A DNA stretch of 56,142 nt from Tubiluchus corallicola. Its lineage: Eukaryota > Animalia > Priapulida. Below are positions 52,654 through 56,142 of the stretch, in pieces; within the stretch, counting starts at the first letter, position 1; each line of letters begins with the position of its first letter. The notes under the pieces are model-generated. The model made no database searches, was not told the origin of the DNA, and saw only the letters and a program-made list of their open reading frames with translations. The position numbers were made by a program, and so were the translations under genes. Where the stretch lies: assembly GCA_030141605.1 (NCBI GenBank), contig JAQGDQ010001193.1, positions 1 to 56,142 on the forward strand, in the 5' to 3' direction.

Positions 52654-53514
52654 GTAAGTTTAGAAACTTAAAGGACAAGAAAAGGGGGTACCGGAAGTTG
52701 ATTTCGGAAAAAAAATCACCTTAAAAATTATACTATTATATCGTACTTGCGTTAAAAGAAATTTTTGTTTGTTTTCATCTTAAATCTCCCACAATAGGGA
52801 TCCTAAGGAGCCATTACATGACGTCATATACGCACAACGTAAATCTGGGGAAGAAAAGGCAATTTTAAATTATGTCCTAAAAAACTTTCCAGGCAAATCT
52901 ATATTACTCAGCATTTCACTTACCTGCTGGAAAGACGTATGCAGCCAGAAATGATAATTTAAAATGTTAGTGCCAATTGCTGAAATATCATCATCATCAT
53001 CTTATCCTTATTGTTACCGTTACCGTTATCAGTAAGGATAACGATAAGGACAAGGATATCACAATCATTAAATGATTATTAACATAATCATCGTCATTAT
53101 CATTATCATCACTGCCATATCGACATTATCGCCTTCATCTTTGCTGTCATCAATCACAAAAATATCGTTGTCATCACTGTCATCATCATCATCATCATTG
53201 TCATCGCTGCCATTACCAATAAGGATAAGGACATTATATCATTATCATAAAATTATTGTTAACATAATCATTGTCATTATCATTGTCATCACTGTCATAT
53301 CATCATTATAGTCTTCTCCTTCGCCAGCATCAACCACAAAAATATCGTGACCACCGTTATCATCATCGTCGTCGTCGCCGACGCCATCATCATCATCATC
53401 ATCATCACCGTCGTCGTCATAATCATCAGTTAATAATTTGATTACCAAGTGCCTTCTAGTTATAAATTTTTGCAATCGCATATCTTATGTTGTTCATTAT
53501 TTTGCATTTTGTAG

Positions 53515-53703
53515 GTAGAGTCTGATTTAGACAGAGCTTACGAGGAATTGTACTACAGTGACAAGACTGATGCTGAAGATTCAGCTAACGACCATCCAAC
53601 TCCAGCATCCATCAAGGAATCTCTTTCCACTCGCAGTCTCTCTCCACGGCTTGGAGAATATTCTGAATTAGAGTCACCCAAACCATCACGAATGTCAAAT
53701 TAG
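53515..53703 (+). CDS. Orphan TM/coiled-coil gene, + copy, terminal exon F (VESDLDRAYEEL...EYSELESPKPSRMSN*)
   Basis: ttttgtag acceptor, open for 62 codons, TAG, then AATAAA at 53739. Confidence 0.78.
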   Translation, partial: VESDLDRAYEELYYSDKTDAEDSANDHPTPASIKESLSTRSLSPRLGEYSELESPKPSRMSN

Positions 53704-55841
53704 TATGAAGCATTTGATTTGATGTCAATTAATAAGTTAATAAATTTCATTTCGCTTTTGGTCTCTATTATGCGTCATATCAATATTTTCATAAGTTCAT
53801 ATATATATATATGTTTTGTGAAAGTCATGTTTGAAGTTGTAGATCACTCACTTTGTTATGATTGAGTTTACGCACCGAAGTATGAACAAGAATAAAAAAT
53901 CTATAATAGGTATTTGCACTGCACACAACAGAAAAGTGTTTATTAAACTAAAGACACATGAGCAGCATGACTGCTGCACTGAACACTGAGAGTGAGAGCG
54001 AGAGTGACCTGAAAGCAAAACCAGTCAGTATATACAGGTATAGGTGACCTATGCAGACTTGCACAGGCTTCAAAACAACTATTACTTTAAAATAGGGAGA
54101 GAACCAGTGAATATGCATTCACTGGACCATACAATTATACTGAGGGTAAGTCAGCTGGTAAAATGTAACAGGATTAGCCCATTGATGGCAGCACCTAATT
54201 ATAATGTACAATTCCAACTTCCACATGTTTGTTTGTTTACTGAACCGCCACCACAGTTAAACATATAATGTACCAGCAATAAATAAATAAACAAGATCAA
54301 AGTGACACTGAAGGAGACTAAAATGGATACAAAACACCAGCTTAACGTGTTGACCAAAAGTTTCTTTATTCTGAAAGACAATTATTAACATTTAGTTTAA
54401 TTTGCATTGAGTAGAAGAAAATTATTTGCATGATTAAATGTATTGCTATAACTAAGAACTGATGTAAAAACTATGTAAACTATATTGAAATTAATTAACA
54501 ATAACTAACGTTGTTAGAGCCTTTAACAGTTACAAAGACAGGAATGAGAACTCCAAGTAGCCTTAAGAACAACAATGTCACAACAATAAATTCGTAAGAA
54601 ATTCACAGTCATAATGCTCATCACAGACAGAAAAATAGAGCAATGGCGGAGAGAACCAAAAGACGGGTAAAATGTCATACAACTACTACAGCTATAGCTC
54701 ACGAAAGATCAAAATGCTAATGTATTCAAGGATATTAGGTGCTTCAATTTATAAAGAGTGACTACTGTAAAAGGTAAAAAGCCTACTAAATAAACAAACA
54801 GGTGGCAGCACCGTGGCAGTAATTGAGAACTAAATTAAAACCAAAAAAGGGCCTATGCACCCACAATAGAGACGTTTAAAGTTAAACTAAACCCTGACTA
54901 TAATATAAGCTTTTAAAACTTACAATCCTACTCTCATTACGAATATTCGATTAATTTTATTATAAACTTTCTATGAAACTTGTTTCTTTTGAGTTTTTAT
55001 CACTTCGTTCTTAGCGGTTTTAAATTTGAGGAACTGCCATTTTTCGTTGCACGAGACGAATGACGTCATGAGTACAGTCACGAGGTCACCAAGGATCCGC
55101 AAACAAACATCTTTCTGTACCGCGTACGTCATTCTCGCTCACTCGCGCTAGAGACGTGAAACATGGCGATCTTTATGACAGTGCGCACATTCTAAATTCA
55201 ACAGAAAAACGTGAGTTATTTAATTTATAAATTTTTTTGTTTAATAATAACTATGAATTCTTTGTTAAATCGTAGTAGTGCCTTAAAAAAACTTCAATGT
55301 ATGTTGGGGTTATATAGGCCTTTATAGAGACAAAATTCATTCACAAAGGAATATGGTGGCTGGAGCGTACAGAACAACTAACAGCGAATTCAAACAGGTG
55401 ACAAAATAATTCTTACAATTACGTTAAAATGGTATCACGATAAAAATATATATGTTTTGTATGTTACATTAAATTTTACAAGGCTGGTGTTTTGTGTTTT
55501 GTACGTAATCAAAATATCTTCTTCTTCTTCCCAGCTTTTCCCTATGTGGTGTCGCCATTGTGAATGAGTCTTCTCCACGTGTTCCTGTTGTTGTCCATCT
55601 CTTCATTTATGTCTTCCCTTCCAACATGATCTTCACCGACTCTTCTTTTCAGGTGTCCATACCATCGCAATCTTGCGAGGCTTCCACTACTTTTACTGTT
55701 CCTCTGATATTATTATTTCTAATTTTATCTCTTCTTTTTATTCCCACCATTCATCTTGACATCCTCACCTCCACTACACTCATTTTCTTCTCTTCGGTCT
55801 TCTTTAGAGAAGCTGCTTCCAGCCCATAGTCGAATTCAGTC

Positions 55842-55916
<75 letters not shown>

Positions 55917-56041
55917 TATTATTATTATTAAGCCATCAAAGGCAATGATATCTTAGCCATGGGACGTGAATGCTCCTTTCTTAGCAGGTAAACAGTCAGA
56001 TTAAAACCACACAAGGTGAGCATCGAACTGGCATCCTTGTG

Positions 56042-56142
56042 TTAGTAGAATTCAGCTGCTGTTTCATTTCTAGAGAGAGGTTCTGTGAGTTGCAGTATGC
56101 TTGGCTTGAACTGCACTAGCAGAATGAAGTAAGTCACAAATA
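56042..56142 (-). CDS. Second GRL copy, terminal exon (partial, runs off the window)
   Basis: Reverse complement reads FVTYFILLVQFKPSILQLTEPLSRNETAAEFY*; mirror of 39704-39804. Confidence 0.8.
   Translation of the reverse strand, partial: FVTYFILLVQFKPSILQLTEPLSRNETAAEFY

Larger units (their letters stand above)
47971..56142. repeat. Right arm of giant inverted duplication (continues past the window end)
   Basis: Reverse complement of 39704-47597 with scattered SNPs and different satellite lengths. Confidence 0.97.

Overview
AT-rich, microsatellite- and transposon-dense animal genomic DNA (invertebrate; the 5S-derived sequence resembles mollusc/annelid-type 5S rRNA, low confidence). Most ORFs in the supplied track are microsatellite artefacts, and the real genes are spliced. 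(1) 5107-28690 (+): a 12-coding-exon, ~1005-aa secreted protein, signal peptide-cbEGF-pentraxin-cbEGF-pentraxin-pentraxin-pentraxin, expanded by recent intragenic tandem duplication. (2) 33837-39804 (+): a 459-aa gustatory-receptor-like (GRL/7tm_7) gene with the TYxxxxxQF motif; the last exon of a second, inverted copy runs off the window end. (3) A giant palindrome of at least 16.4 kb (39704-47597 vs 47971-56142, 373-bp spacer). Each arm carries six in-frame exons of an unannotated single-pass membrane protein (acidic stalk-TM-coiled coil-two YxxL motifs), and neither copy has a visible 5' end; the first exon is splice-phase compatible with the upstream pentraxin modules. Also present: a 5S-rRNA-headed SINE with RTE-like body and tail (3 copies, one with a filled/empty site pair), several hAT- and piggyBac-like MITE families with TSDs, LINE 3' fragments, two probable solo LTRs and several minisatellites. 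All gene models are manual predictions without transcript support.
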